Source of the DNA: a virus | Length of the DNA stretch: 56,673 bases | Virus record (IMG/VR): IMGVR_UViG_3300020050_012089 | Strand: one strand, 5' to 3' | The notes under the pieces: generated by a model | What the model was told of the DNA's origin: nothing | The model's input: the letters and a program-made list of their open reading frames with translations, nothing else | The model's database searches: none | Translations under genes and position numbers: made by a program | Shown: one piece after another, positions 9,116 to 18,206 of the stretch | Position numbering within the stretch: position 1 is the stretch's first letter | Layout of the letters: each line of letters opens with the position of its first letter

Positions 9116-9529
9116 TTAGCGCTCTAAAATTTCAAATTCTACACTAAAGTAATCTGTGTCCGAAGCAAACTTTTCGGACACTACACGCGTAATGTGCTTG
9201 TCATTGAACAGGTTTAAGTGGCCCTCTCCACAGAAAACGTCCAATATACCTTTTTCAAAGTTCGAGCAGTCATGCGTATGCGCACTAATTTCTCCTGCTT
9301 TATTATAAAAAGATTTGTAGTAAGCTTTAATTGTAACATGGATTTTGTGCAATTTAGGATTAAAGGTATTTTTTAGGTCTGCTAACGCTGCCTCAGCTTC
9401 GTCAAACTCTAGTTTGTGCTTTACTTGCCTTAACCACTCGCTATAAGCAGCAGTTATAAACCTTTTAGTCGTGTACATTGCATTCACACTAATAGTTTTA
9501 AGGCCTTTTATCACAAACTCTTGCTTCAT
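9116..9529 (-). CDS. rusA: RusA-like Holliday junction resolvase
   Basis: SVNAMY near the N-terminus and HDCSNFEKGILDVF...NDKHI match the RusA pattern (PSxNxxY; DxDNxxKxxxD...DD). Confidence 0.6.
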   Translation of the reverse strand: MKQEFVIKGLKTISVNAMYTTKRFITAAYSEWLRQVKHKLEFDEAEAALADLKNTFNPKLHKIHVTIKAYYKSFYNKAGEISAHTHDCSNFEKGILDVFCGEGHLNLFNDKHITRVVSEKFASDTDYFSVEFEILER

Positions 9530-9540
9530 AACTCTCTTTA

Positions 9541-9567
9541 AAAAATTTAAGGGGCATTTAACCCCCT
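9541..9567 (-). terminator. weak hairpin plus T-run downstream of the holin gene
   Basis: Minus strand reads GGGG-TTAAATG-CCCC followed by TTAAATTTTT; short stem, so weak. Confidence 0.25.
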
Positions 9568-9630
9568 AACTAGTTCTAATTTCTAGATAACTAAAGACAT
9601 ACGTCTTACACTAGTAAATATGTTATGAGG

Positions 9631-10065
9631 TTAGTCTAATTGGTCTTTAATAAGCTTTTTACCCTTTTCAGCTATGTCTTCTTTAAGAGTATCATTTTCA
9701 GACCCTAGCTTTGAAATTATAGTTTTAAATATATCCTGTCCTAAAATACTGTTACCATTTTCTAATATAGACTTAAGCTCAACTAATCCAATTACAGATG
9801 CAACAATCTTAGATACAGGCAAAAATTCATCTAACATATATTGCTCAACAAGGAATCCAGATATTACTGCCAATTGGTATATACATACTTTTGCAATGGT
9901 ACGACGCATAACACTGCTTTTTATTTTTTCTTTTCTCTTAATTGCTGCCCATATTCCTGTAAATAAGTCAGCCATAATCAAAAACCCAACTGCACCCATA
10001 AGGGCATGAATTGGTGCTAAAACTGCTACTATTGCTGCTAATAAATGTAACAAAAATTGTTTCAC
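9631..10065 (-). CDS. holin (family 4 / TcdE-LL-H type)
   Basis: Three hydrophobic segments; DLFTGIWAAIKRKE...S and VELKSILEN motifs typical of this holin family; GTG start. Confidence 0.65.
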   Translation of the reverse strand: MKQFLLHLLAAIVAVLAPIHALMGAVGFLIMADLFTGIWAAIKRKEKIKSSVMRRTIAKVCIYQLAVISGFLVEQYMLDEFLPVSKIVASVIGLVELKSILENGNSILGQDIFKTIISKLGSENDTLKEDIAEKGKKLIKDQLD

Positions 10066-10199
10066 TGCACACCTGGAAGTTTAAATACAGTTGTCATTAC
10101 CATCTTATAGGCTTCATGAATTTTTGAGCTTTCTTCAGCAGTCATAGGCTCTTTATTTTGTGCTTTTTTAAGTATTAACTTTGCTTGTTCTAAAGTCAT
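10062..10199 (-). CDS. small hypothetical protein (45 aa)
   Basis: Short ORF ATGA-coupled to the HNH gene stop and GTGA-coupled to the holin start; below the track threshold. Confidence 0.3.
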   Translation of the reverse strand: MTLEQAKLILKKAQNKEPMTAEESSKIHEAYKMVMTTVFKLPGVQ

Positions 10200-10786
10200 A
10201 TATTTCCTTTTAGTTTTTCAAAATTAGGTACAGGATATTTAGTATGGTGTCTATTTCCTTTTTTTACATTACAAATAGAGCATAGGGGCTGAATATTAGA
10301 AATATCATCGCTACCACCCTTTGATATAGGAATAATATGGTCAGCAGTAAGTATAATTTCTGGCTCTTCCTTAAGGCAAGAGGGGCAAGTATTTAAATAA
10401 GTTTGTTTTAAAAAACACCACTGCTCTAAAGTATGAGAGCCTCCTCCAGATTTTTTTTGAGCTTTTCTACGTCTATTTAAATGAAGTTTATTCTCATAAC
10501 CACCTTTCCATCTTGGGTGATTTTTTCCTGTCATTTCAGGTCTTTTTTTATCTAGCCATGGGCCTGGTTTACCTTTTTTCGCTTCAGATAATTTTCTTTT
10601 GTGCTCCTCAGAAAACTTCATTCCCTTAGTAGGGCCGGGTTTACCTTTCTTAGAATTACTTATTTTTAATTTTGTTTCCTTACTCATAGAAGTACCCTTA
10701 TTGCAAGAAATCCTCCCTTTAAGAGATTCAGAAAGTTTCCTTCTATGCTCCAGTGAAAATACTCTTTTTTTCATAAATTTACCCAA
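10196..10786 (-). CDS. HNH homing endonuclease with NUMOD3-type repeats
   Basis: Repeated [11 protein letters not shown] / [12 protein letters not shown] motifs and the HNH core [30 protein letters not shown]. Confidence 0.85.
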   Translation of the reverse strand: MGKFMKKRVFSLEHRRKLSESLKGRISCNKGTSMSKETKLKISNSKKGKPGPTKGMKFSEEHKRKLSEAKKGKPGPWLDKKRPEMTGKNHPRWKGGYENKLHLNRRRKAQKKSGGGSHTLEQWCFLKQTYLNTCPSCLKEEPEIILTADHIIPISKGGSDDISNIQPLCSICNVKKGNRHHTKYPVPNFEKLKGNI

Positions 10787-12459
10787 CTAGTTCCATTATA
10801 ATAACTAAGTTGATTAAGGCTTGTGTCAAAAACCTGCATTCCAGCTATTGGAGTAATAGAATTTTTTTGAGCAGTAGTAAGTCGAGCATTAAGCATAGCT
10901 TTCGTACTTCCAATTTCAAAAGCAACATCGCTATTAGAAACTTTCTTAGTACTTGAACCTATGTTTAAGCTACCAGCTATATAGTTTTGTGCGTTAACAG
11001 GCTCAATATGAAGACCATAAATATCTGTACCAGCATCCCCAAATGGTAAATCAAATTGGAAAGCTCTTAACTCATTTATAGTAGTAATGCCGTTTGGAAT
11101 AACTACAGTTCTACATAAATTTACTACGTCAATAGTTCCACCCGTGCTGTCACCAGCTAAGTTTATGGCATATACAGCAGCGTTCATAAAATCTAAGCTA
11201 GAATTAGTTTCAGTACGCACCACACAAGGAAGAGCAAGAGCGGCAAAACCTAAGCCCAGGGCTCCAGATGTAGTAACAGAATCTTCTTGCAATTCAATTA
11301 GCATAGCCGTATTAACACCAATAGCGTCCGCATTAATAGTGCTAACCCCATTTAAAGCAATCATTTGAGTTACTAGGCCGTGCATGTTTTGAGGATTTCC
11401 ACCACCATCTACAGGATTACTAGCATAAAAAGCTTGTAATTGACCAATTGAAAGGCCACCAGTAAAGCTTAGGCCCCCGTTAATGTATACGTCTCCAGTA
11501 ACATCTAAAGCTTTTACGTTTGTGCCATTAGCATTATCCATATAAATGTTAATGCCTGTAATATTTGTACCGCTAGTAATAGTAGGATTAATAACTATAC
11601 CTTGAAAGCTTCCAGTATCAAATGAATCAATAGTAGGAAAAACCCCTATTCCAGTATATCCAGAATTACCATCAAAAGTTGTAATATTTGGACCATTTTG
11701 AAAACCAACATAATTATTATTGTTATTAATTTGACCAATTGTTGGAGAAGCAATAAAACTATTATAAGAATTCATTGAACCAGAAACGGTAGCAAAATCA
11801 TAAAAAGCATTTACAGTATTTAAAGAAGCACCGGAGTCAGCATTAATTTGAAATCCGTAACCCTGTACAGTTCCAGTAAACGTAACATTACTGTCTATAT
11901 TTGCAAATCCATATGAATAAGACAAACCACCTACAGAAATAGGGTCCGTACCATTGCCAATTGATGCATAGTTATTAGCAAATACTAGGTCCCCAACATT
12001 TGAAGTACCTTGATGATTTATAAAGTTATTGTGTATTTGAACTGCTTGACCGCTAGTGCCAATAGTAAAAGCTGAGTTTAAAGTGTCTAAGTTTACAGTG
12101 TTTTGATTAAGTTGGTAAGTTAGATTTGGAGAGTTTTGCTGAGGTTCGACATTAACACTTAAATTATTTACTGAAAATCCACCAGACTCGTTATCAGGCA
12201 GTACAGTCAAGTTTTGATTAAGACCACCAGTGTCTACATTAATATCACCTAGATAATCTTGTTTTTCTATATCAAGTTCTTCGATTGCTCCTTGCACATC
12301 TGTGGCAATTATGTCTCCAGCAGGAGTAAAACTAACTAAGGCAGCACTGTAATCCCCAGCTTGAGACGCCACAGAACCAGTACGACCATTAAAAGAAGAT
12401 ACACCTGCACCCGGACCAGAACCACCTGTAGGTGGAATTCTAACGTATTGAGAAGCCAT
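10771..12459 (-). CDS. tail fibre / receptor-binding protein (562 aa)
   Basis: N-terminal FNGRTGSV...GDYSA and [11 protein letters not shown] fibre motifs; Gly/Asn/Thr-rich beta-type body. Confidence 0.7.
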   Translation of the reverse strand: MASQYVRIPPTGGSGPGAGVSSFNGRTGSVASQAGDYSAALVSFTPAGDIIATDVQGAIEELDIEKQDYLGDINVDTGGLNQNLTVLPDNESGGFSVNNLSVNVEPQQNSPNLTYQLNQNTVNLDTLNSAFTIGTSGQAVQIHNNFINHQGTSNVGDLVFANNYASIGNGTDPISVGGLSYSYGFANIDSNVTFTGTVQGYGFQINADSGASLNTVNAFYDFATVSGSMNSYNSFIASPTIGQINNNNNYVGFQNGPNITTFDGNSGYTGIGVFPTIDSFDTGSFQGIVINPTITSGTNITGINIYMDNANGTNVKALDVTGDVYINGGLSFTGGLSIGQLQAFYASNPVDGGGNPQNMHGLVTQMIALNGVSTINADAIGVNTAMLIELQEDSVTTSGALGLGFAALALPCVVRTETNSSLDFMNAAVYAINLAGDSTGGTIDVVNLCRTVVIPNGITTINELRAFQFDLPFGDAGTDIYGLHIEPVNAQNYIAGSLNIGSSTKKVSNSDVAFEIGSTKAMLNARLTTAQKNSITPIAGMQVFDTSLNQLSYYNGTSWVNL

Positions 12460-12461
12460 AA

Positions 12462-12839
12462 TTACACTCCTTTTGTGTTAAATCTCGCAGAAGTTAGCAC
12501 AGGAGTTGTACCTGCACCAGTAGCTGTGTACACGACTCTAAACCAATTGTATCCAGCGTTTGTAACATCATACATAATATTTCCAGCAGCACTAACAGTG
12601 AGTGTTGTGTCTGCCACATCTGTCCAGTTTACAATATCCACTGAACGAGTAGCTTCTGTGTTAGCTGTAGGATTTCCTTCGTCGCAAGAACCTTGCAATT
12701 TAAAATTTCCTGCAGGAGTACCAGTGAAAACTAACTGTACTGCATAGTTTACAACGTGTTGTATACCTATGGCTTGCGAAGTTCTGCTTGCAGATAAATC
12801 GTTAGAGCTAAATGTAATGTTATCGTTTCCTATCTTCAT
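12462..12839 (-). CDS. small virion-associated protein, paralog of 17635..18015
   Basis: 125 aa. Shares IGIQ..V(Q/W)LV(F/W)(T/S)GTP(A/S)G and the C-terminal pattern with the 126-aa ORF. Each precedes a fibre gene. Confidence 0.5.
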   Translation of the reverse strand: MKIGNDNITFSSNDLSASRTSQAIGIQHVVNYAVQLVFTGTPAGNFKLQGSCDEGNPTANTEATRSVDIVNWTDVADTTLTVSAAGNIMYDVTNAGYNWFRVVYTATGAGTTPVLTSARFNTKGV

Positions 12840-12851
12840 TTTTCTTTTCCT

Positions 12852-13439
12852 TTATATAATTTCTAAACTTAAACCCAAATATTTAAATCTATATCCTTTG
12901 GTAGACCTTCTGTTTTCCTGGCCTAATCCCCTAGCTATAGTATTAACATGGCACCTATTTACATTAAGCTTTATAGCAGCTTGTCTGGCCGATTCAAATA
13001 TTTCTCCAGTAGTTGTACACAGTACTATTTTTGAACGAGGGTTTTTTATACCAAATTGACCCAATCTAGGGTGAGGCTTAGTTTTAAACCTCTCTTTCTG
13101 TGCGTTACTCATGTTTAGTAACGCCTGCTCACTCAGTTGCCCCGAACCTTGGTGACTATATTTTAAATTATAACCATTGGGAACCATCGTACCTTCTATA
13201 GCTATGTAATATACTTCCAAACTATCCAATATTTTAAAGCAACTAATATTATCTACCAATATTTCTATCTTAAAATTATCTTTCCCATACTTCAATATAG
13301 CTTGTGTAAGTATACTTTTAGATTTACTGGGCTTACAATGACCCTTCCATCTTTCTTTTAAACTAGTTCTAGTCTGACCCACATAACACTTACCATTAAT
13401 TAAGTTAGTAACTTTATATATAATCATGGATAGAACCAT
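12852..13439 (-). CDS. GIY-YIG homing endonuclease
   Basis: IYKVTNLINGKCYVGQT (GIY...YVG), R and E of the catalytic core, NGYN, and a C-terminal HTH-like segment. Confidence 0.85.
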   Translation of the reverse strand: MVLSMIIYKVTNLINGKCYVGQTRTSLKERWKGHCKPSKSKSILTQAILKYGKDNFKIEILVDNISCFKILDSLEVYYIAIEGTMVPNGYNLKYSHQGSGQLSEQALLNMSNAQKERFKTKPHPRLGQFGIKNPRSKIVLCTTTGEIFESARQAAIKLNVNRCHVNTIARGLGQENRRSTKGYRFKYLGLSLEII

Positions 13440-13810
13440 CTGTTTCCACTTCTAGGAGGCGTAATTTGGATGTGGCACCAATTTGTAGTTGCGCTTTCGT
13501 GCTCGCACCAAATTCCCACTTGTTCCATTAACTTCACATTAGCCTTAAGGAAGTTTATTAAATCATGTTCAGGGTCTGCAATGTCTGCAGCATGCCCTGT
13601 TAAATGTTTACTCTTTGTAGCGTTACTTTTCCCAGCTTTAATAAGTTCCGCTTGTTGGCTTTCGGACCTTAGCCCACTTGTAACTATCATTGGCTTTCCA
13701 TAAGCTGCTCTAACAATATTCAATCTTCTACACAGCTCGTGTAAATTTGCTTCAATCATAGGAGTAGTAGGATACTTGCGCTTATTCAACTCTTCTAATT
13801 TAATGCTCAA
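13424..13810 (-). CDS. peptidase M15 family endolysin (zinc peptidoglycan peptidase)
   Basis: SGLRSESQQ...SKHLTGHAADI and a C-terminal WCH match the H..G.A.D zinc-peptidase signature. Confidence 0.75.
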   Translation of the reverse strand: MSIKLEELNKRKYPTTPMIEANLHELCRRLNIVRAAYGKPMIVTSGLRSESQQAELIKAGKSNATKSKHLTGHAADIADPEHDLINFLKANVKLMEQVGIWCEHESATTNWCHIQITPPRSGNRWFYP

Positions 13811-13812
13811 GT

Positions 13813-15750
13813 TTAAAACCCACCTTCTAATTTATTGTCTTCAATTGTGTAATGACTTTGAGCTACAGTTCCGTTTCCTTGTAGAGTACAGTTTGTTACT
13901 GAGCTAGTACTAGCAACAATTGTCGTAGCTGTAGCTGTAAATGTGTTTGAAAAACTATAAACTTGGTAAGCTCCGTTAGCCGCTAAATAAGAAGACATGC
14001 TTGCAACATCTGTAGAACCATTAGTTAATTTAACCACCATGTTTGTTGATGCGTTTGTGGCTGTAAATACAAAGTAACCTGATACTTTATATTTGTTACC
14101 AATAACTAAATTAGAAGCGTTTAGCGAAGTTATAGATGCGTTGTTTGCAGTAATGTTACCAGATAAGTACTTTGTAGTGCTCCTGTTAATAGTTAAGAAT
14201 GCGCTTGGGTCGTTGATTTTAAACATAGACCACATATTAAGAATATCACTTGAAGATAAAGTAGCTCCGACAGAGGCGCTCACCGAAACAGTATCGTCAA
14301 CTTTTAGATTTTGTAAAAGTGCTGTAACTTGCTTGCTATCTGTACTTGAGTTAGAAACACCATATCTAACTGATGTTCCGTTAACTAATACTGCCGCTGA
14401 ACCAGCCGCCGCACTCGTTTGTCTATAAGTCCATGATACAAAGTAATCACCAGGAATTTTAACTGTATAGACACCTGTTGTAGCATTAAAAGCTCCAACA
14501 GAATCTTTTAATGGAGTTGACCATGTTGGGATTGTAGTGTCGGAAGTAAATGCTGAACCCCCGTTTTTAGATACTACAAAAGATACGGGAATATTCATCG
14601 CACTCACACCAGGAGTAGCGTATCCAGATGTCCAGCCTTGGATTGGAACTGTTACGTCTATAAATATTGTTTGACCAGAAGCTATAATAGCATTTCCCAA
14701 AGCCTTAGCTAAAGGAGTTCCCACATCTGGACCAAATGTATTTGGAGTTCCAAATGTCAAATAATTTAAAGCTGATTCTCTTATTACTATACCACCAACA
14801 TTGGCATTTGAAATATTTCTTGCCCAAATTCCAGCAATATCTACAGTAGAAGATGATGTAGCGGACAATAATCCAGTGGGCATAGAAACCCTAGCTTCTG
14901 TAGCCGTAGAAGTACCGGAAACAAAGTTTCCTCTAATTTGTATACTAGGACCCGTTTTTCTGTATTTCATGTCCGATGTTGAAACGGTTCCAAATCCTGT
15001 AAATGTAGGAGTATAAGCTACCCAATCACTATCAGCTTGAATGAACGCTTCGTCCACAGGACTAACTTCAAAATTATCTACTTGTACTGTGTACGCTAAT
15101 GCGTTTGTACTTCTAATGTGCAGTATAAGCCTGTAATCTGTATTAGCACTTGCCTGAAATTGTCCAATAAACTGTCCAGAACCATCCAGTGTGTTTGGAA
15201 AAACTGGAATTAATTGTGTTAGTGTAGTATCAAGCAAGAAAACTTGTACATCTGAAGGAGTTACACCATCAACGCTACCGTTTACGAAGTTTGCAGAAGC
15301 AGCGTAATTAAATTTTACTTTTAATGGTCTATTTTTATATGCATTATCAATGCTAAAGTCACAGCTTATTCCTTCACCTTGCTCATTTGAAGCAGGTTTT
15401 GATAATAGACCGTCGGCTGTACCATTTAAAGGTGCCGTTGTATTTCTAGCAAAGGTAATTGTTGGACTGCCCCCAGAACCATCTACAGGACTAGTGCCAG
15501 CAGCATTAGAATAAGCAACCCAAGACCCAATACTACCTTCAAAAGTAGAACTATCGTCTAAAATATAATTGAGAGCCGAACCAGAGCCGCTACCTACAGG
15601 TGTCCAAGCTGAGTTTTTATAAACCCAAAGCCCTTCAGGGCGCACCGTACCATCTGCATACTGAACTTCACCTTCAACGGGATTTACAGGGTCTGCTGAA
15701 CGTGGGACATACTTTAAAGTGTTAACTGATGGTCTTTTACCGATATACAT
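13813..15750 (-). CDS. tail fibre / tail spike protein (645 aa)
   Basis: Long Ser/Thr/Gly/Asn-rich beta-type ORF in the fibre block; N-terminal adaptor-like segment. Confidence 0.6.
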   Translation of the reverse strand: MYIGKRPSVNTLKYVPRSADPVNPVEGEVQYADGTVRPEGLWVYKNSAWTPVGSGSGSALNYILDDSSTFEGSIGSWVAYSNAAGTSPVDGSGGSPTITFARNTTAPLNGTADGLLSKPASNEQGEGISCDFSIDNAYKNRPLKVKFNYAASANFVNGSVDGVTPSDVQVFLLDTTLTQLIPVFPNTLDGSGQFIGQFQASANTDYRLILHIRSTNALAYTVQVDNFEVSPVDEAFIQADSDWVAYTPTFTGFGTVSTSDMKYRKTGPSIQIRGNFVSGTSTATEARVSMPTGLLSATSSSTVDIAGIWARNISNANVGGIVIRESALNYLTFGTPNTFGPDVGTPLAKALGNAIIASGQTIFIDVTVPIQGWTSGYATPGVSAMNIPVSFVVSKNGGSAFTSDTTIPTWSTPLKDSVGAFNATTGVYTVKIPGDYFVSWTYRQTSAAAGSAAVLVNGTSVRYGVSNSSTDSKQVTALLQNLKVDDTVSVSASVGATLSSSDILNMWSMFKINDPSAFLTINRSTTKYLSGNITANNASITSLNASNLVIGNKYKVSGYFVFTATNASTNMVVKLTNGSTDVASMSSYLAANGAYQVYSFSNTFTATATTIVASTSSVTNCTLQGNGTVAQSHYTIEDNKLEGGF

Positions 15751-15774
15751 AAATTTGTGCTCCTAAAGCGCATG

Positions 15775-15815
15775 TAGGGCTTAACCCTATGTTTATATGA
15801 GAGTTAAATTGTTAT
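15775..15815 (-). promoter_or_regulatory. conserved late-gene motif ATAACAATTTAACTCTCATATAAAC followed by a 5-bp stem-loop
   Basis: Near-identical to 18037..18080; intergenic, upstream of the 645-aa fibre gene; stem TAGGG-TTAAG-CCCTA. Confidence 0.45.
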
Positions 15816-15833
15816 AGGGATTGAGCCCTTAGC

Positions 15834-16982
15834 TTAGATTAAAAACCAATTTGTGCCATTGCTTATTAATTGCACCGACCCATAATCACTTGTTAGTATA
15901 TAACTAGCTTGACCATCTATAAGGTCCGCTCCTGCTGGGTCCAGCGTAATACTATTAGTACTTGCAGCACCTCCAGCATCTTTAACTATAAATTGAGCAC
16001 CAAGACTAGGAGCAGGAAGTGTAATTACAATCGCGCCCCCAGAACTGTCTACTAAATATGTAAAATTTGAAGCTGCGGTAAAATTTGTATTCTGAGAGCT
16101 AAGAACGTTAGCACCAGTTTTAGAATCTAATTGAGTTTGAATGCTGCTTGTAACACCTGATACGTATGAAAGTTCAGTAGCAGTAACAGCACTTGCAACT
16201 GGAAGCCCATTTGAATCTGATTCTAAGGCTCTGCTTGCTGTAATAGCTGCTAAATCAGAAAGAGCGCCTCCTGGACTAGCGTTATAAGCTAAACGATTTG
16301 CAGTACCAGCGGCAAGCTTTGAACGAGCAATTGCCGCCGCAGCAGCTACATCAGCATCAACAATACTGTTTGCCAAATTAAGTTTTGAATATGCAATTGC
16401 TGCAGCACTGTTTATATCTGCGTTTACTAATGAATCAGCAACAATATCAGGTGTAAGAGTGTCTGCACCATCATTATAAGTTAAACTAACTTTAGCACTG
16501 CTAGTAGCCATTGCTCCAGCGGCATCCCTAGCACGTTCGTCAGTAAAATATAAGTTAGAACCTTCTGAAATATCGTCAGTATCTAATACCACTGCACCAG
16601 TTTGACCATTAACGCTCTCAACTTGGTCTGAGTGGTCCCATTTTTCCCAAATAGTGCCATTATTAACAACGTTATCACCAATTTCAAAAGCTATAGCCCC
16701 TGCTCCAAAATTTACCGAACCAGCAGCATTAACTCTATATAAAAACCCTTCAACACCTGTATCTGAGTTGGATAATGTCGGAGTATTTGTAGCAGCATTC
16801 CAAGTACCTTTGTATGTCAAAGGAGTAGGTAGAGCATTAATAATACCATCTAGCTCATCGATTGCCGCTTGTGTATTTACAGCAGTAAGACCTGAAGTAG
16901 TGTTGTCGTATTTTATTTCCGCTGCTTTATTTAAACTTAAGTCTAAGTTACCTGTAATAGGATTTACTAAAAACTTAGCCAT
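15834..16982 (-). CDS. tail fibre protein (382 aa)
   Basis: AAIDELDG and VNGQTGAVVLDTDDI fibre motifs. C-terminal domain shared with 27692..28351. Confidence 0.7.
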   Translation of the reverse strand: MAKFLVNPITGNLDLSLNKAAEIKYDNTTSGLTAVNTQAAIDELDGIINALPTPLTYKGTWNAATNTPTLSNSDTGVEGFLYRVNAAGSVNFGAGAIAFEIGDNVVNNGTIWEKWDHSDQVESVNGQTGAVVLDTDDISEGSNLYFTDERARDAAGAMATSSAKVSLTYNDGADTLTPDIVADSLVNADINSAAAIAYSKLNLANSIVDADVAAAAAIARSKLAAGTANRLAYNASPGGALSDLAAITASRALESDSNGLPVASAVTATELSYVSGVTSSIQTQLDSKTGANVLSSQNTNFTAASNFTYLVDSSGGAIVITLPAPSLGAQFIVKDAGGAASTNSITLDPAGADLIDGQASYILTSDYGSVQLISNGTNWFLI

Positions 16983-16983
16983 A

Positions 16984-17601
16984 TTAACTTACCTCAGCAG
17001 ACTCAAAGTCTCCATCTATATCATAAACTATGTCCAATGTCTGAACTGTTACAGCAGCTAAACTTGAAACGATACGAGTAGGACCATCAGCAGTTTTAAT
17101 TGTAACTTCTAACTTGTCATATGGTAATGTGAAAAAGCTCGCAGCTAATTTATTATTGATAGCAGAAATACTAGAATTTATTGCACTGGTGTCTGCATCA
17201 ATAGAAGTTAAAAGTGCAGTTTGAGCTTGCTGCTCAGCTAAAGTAGATGCACCAGTAGGAAGTGCAGAACTTGCAACCACAACTGCACCAGTGTCTACAG
17301 CAACAACTTTTGTATTTAGTGCATCTAATGTAGTTTCAGTTGCAAAATCAGTTGCAATAAGTGTATCTAATTTTGTATTAGTGCTCTGTGCTTCTACAAT
17401 TTGTGCGTCTTGTTTTGCTTCTGTAGCTAAATCAACTTGCACACCAGCAGAGTCTAAAACCGTAACAGGTAATGGAATAGAATTACTAGGGACTGTAGTA
17501 TCTTGAGTTACAGTCTCGTTATTGCCGTCCAATACAAATTGTATGGGCCCACTTGAACTAGGATTAATCGGGTATACGAAGTTACTGATGGGACACCTCA
17601 C
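16984..17601 (-). CDS. tail-associated structural protein (205 aa)
   Basis: Repeated ATE(A/T)..D / TL..L heptad-like motifs common in fibre shafts; sits in the fibre block. Confidence 0.5.
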   Translation of the reverse strand: MRCPISNFVYPINPSSSGPIQFVLDGNNETVTQDTTVPSNSIPLPVTVLDSAGVQVDLATEAKQDAQIVEAQSTNTKLDTLIATDFATETTLDALNTKVVAVDTGAVVVASSALPTGASTLAEQQAQTALLTSIDADTSAINSSISAINNKLAASFFTLPYDKLEVTIKTADGPTRIVSSLAAVTVQTLDIVYDIDGDFESAEVS

Positions 17602-17634
17602 TGTAAGTATTTGATTTTGATACGTTTTTTTTCA

Positions 17635-18015
17635 TTAAGCACCCACAGTTTTCATAACTAAAGTAGCTACCATAGTCCCATTCCCAGAAGCGGAATCATA
17701 GGATAATCGCATATATGCAAAAGGCACTAAATTGATATTAATTAAATGACTACCAGAATTACCAGTAATTAGTATATTTCTACCAAAGTCTAAAGCCTCC
17801 CAAGTACCTGGATTGATACCTTCAACATAATCATTAGATACTTCAATAAACACTTCTCCAGATGGAGTCGTGCCAGACCAAACTAGTTGAATACCAATAT
17901 TGTCAGAGTTTTTAACGCCCGTTATTTCAGTTGTACAATTGCCAGAAATATCTAAAGATGGTAGGCCTGTAGAGGCATCTTCCATGGCATGAATATGTGT
18001 AAGTTTACGAGACAT
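17635..18015 (-). CDS. small virion-associated protein, paralog of 12462..12839
   Basis: 126 aa; see the paralog; first gene after the late motif at 18037..18080. Confidence 0.5.
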   Translation of the reverse strand: MSRKLTHIHAMEDASTGLPSLDISGNCTTEITGVKNSDNIGIQLVWSGTTPSGEVFIEVSNDYVEGINPGTWEALDFGRNILITGNSGSHLININLVPFAYMRLSYDSASGNGTMVATLVMKTVGA

Positions 18016-18036
18016 TAAAACCCCCTTATAAGGAAA

Positions 18037-18080
18037 AGCGGCTTATAACCGCTAGTTATATAAGAGAGTTAAATTGTTAT
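18037..18080 (-). promoter_or_regulatory. conserved late-gene motif ATAACAATTTAACTCTCTTATATAAC followed by a 5-bp stem-loop
   Basis: Shares a 17-mer with 15791..15815; intergenic; stem AGCGG-TTATAAG-CCGCT, then an AAGGGGG SD. Confidence 0.45.
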
Positions 18081-18206
18081 GTATATTTATAAGTGGTCTT
18101 AATTAACGTTTATGCATACTTATAAGTATACTATAATAGACTTAAATTCTGTTTAAAATGTAGCAAACCAGGCAATAAACACAAAATGCAGTTAAAGGAA
18201 ATTCCA

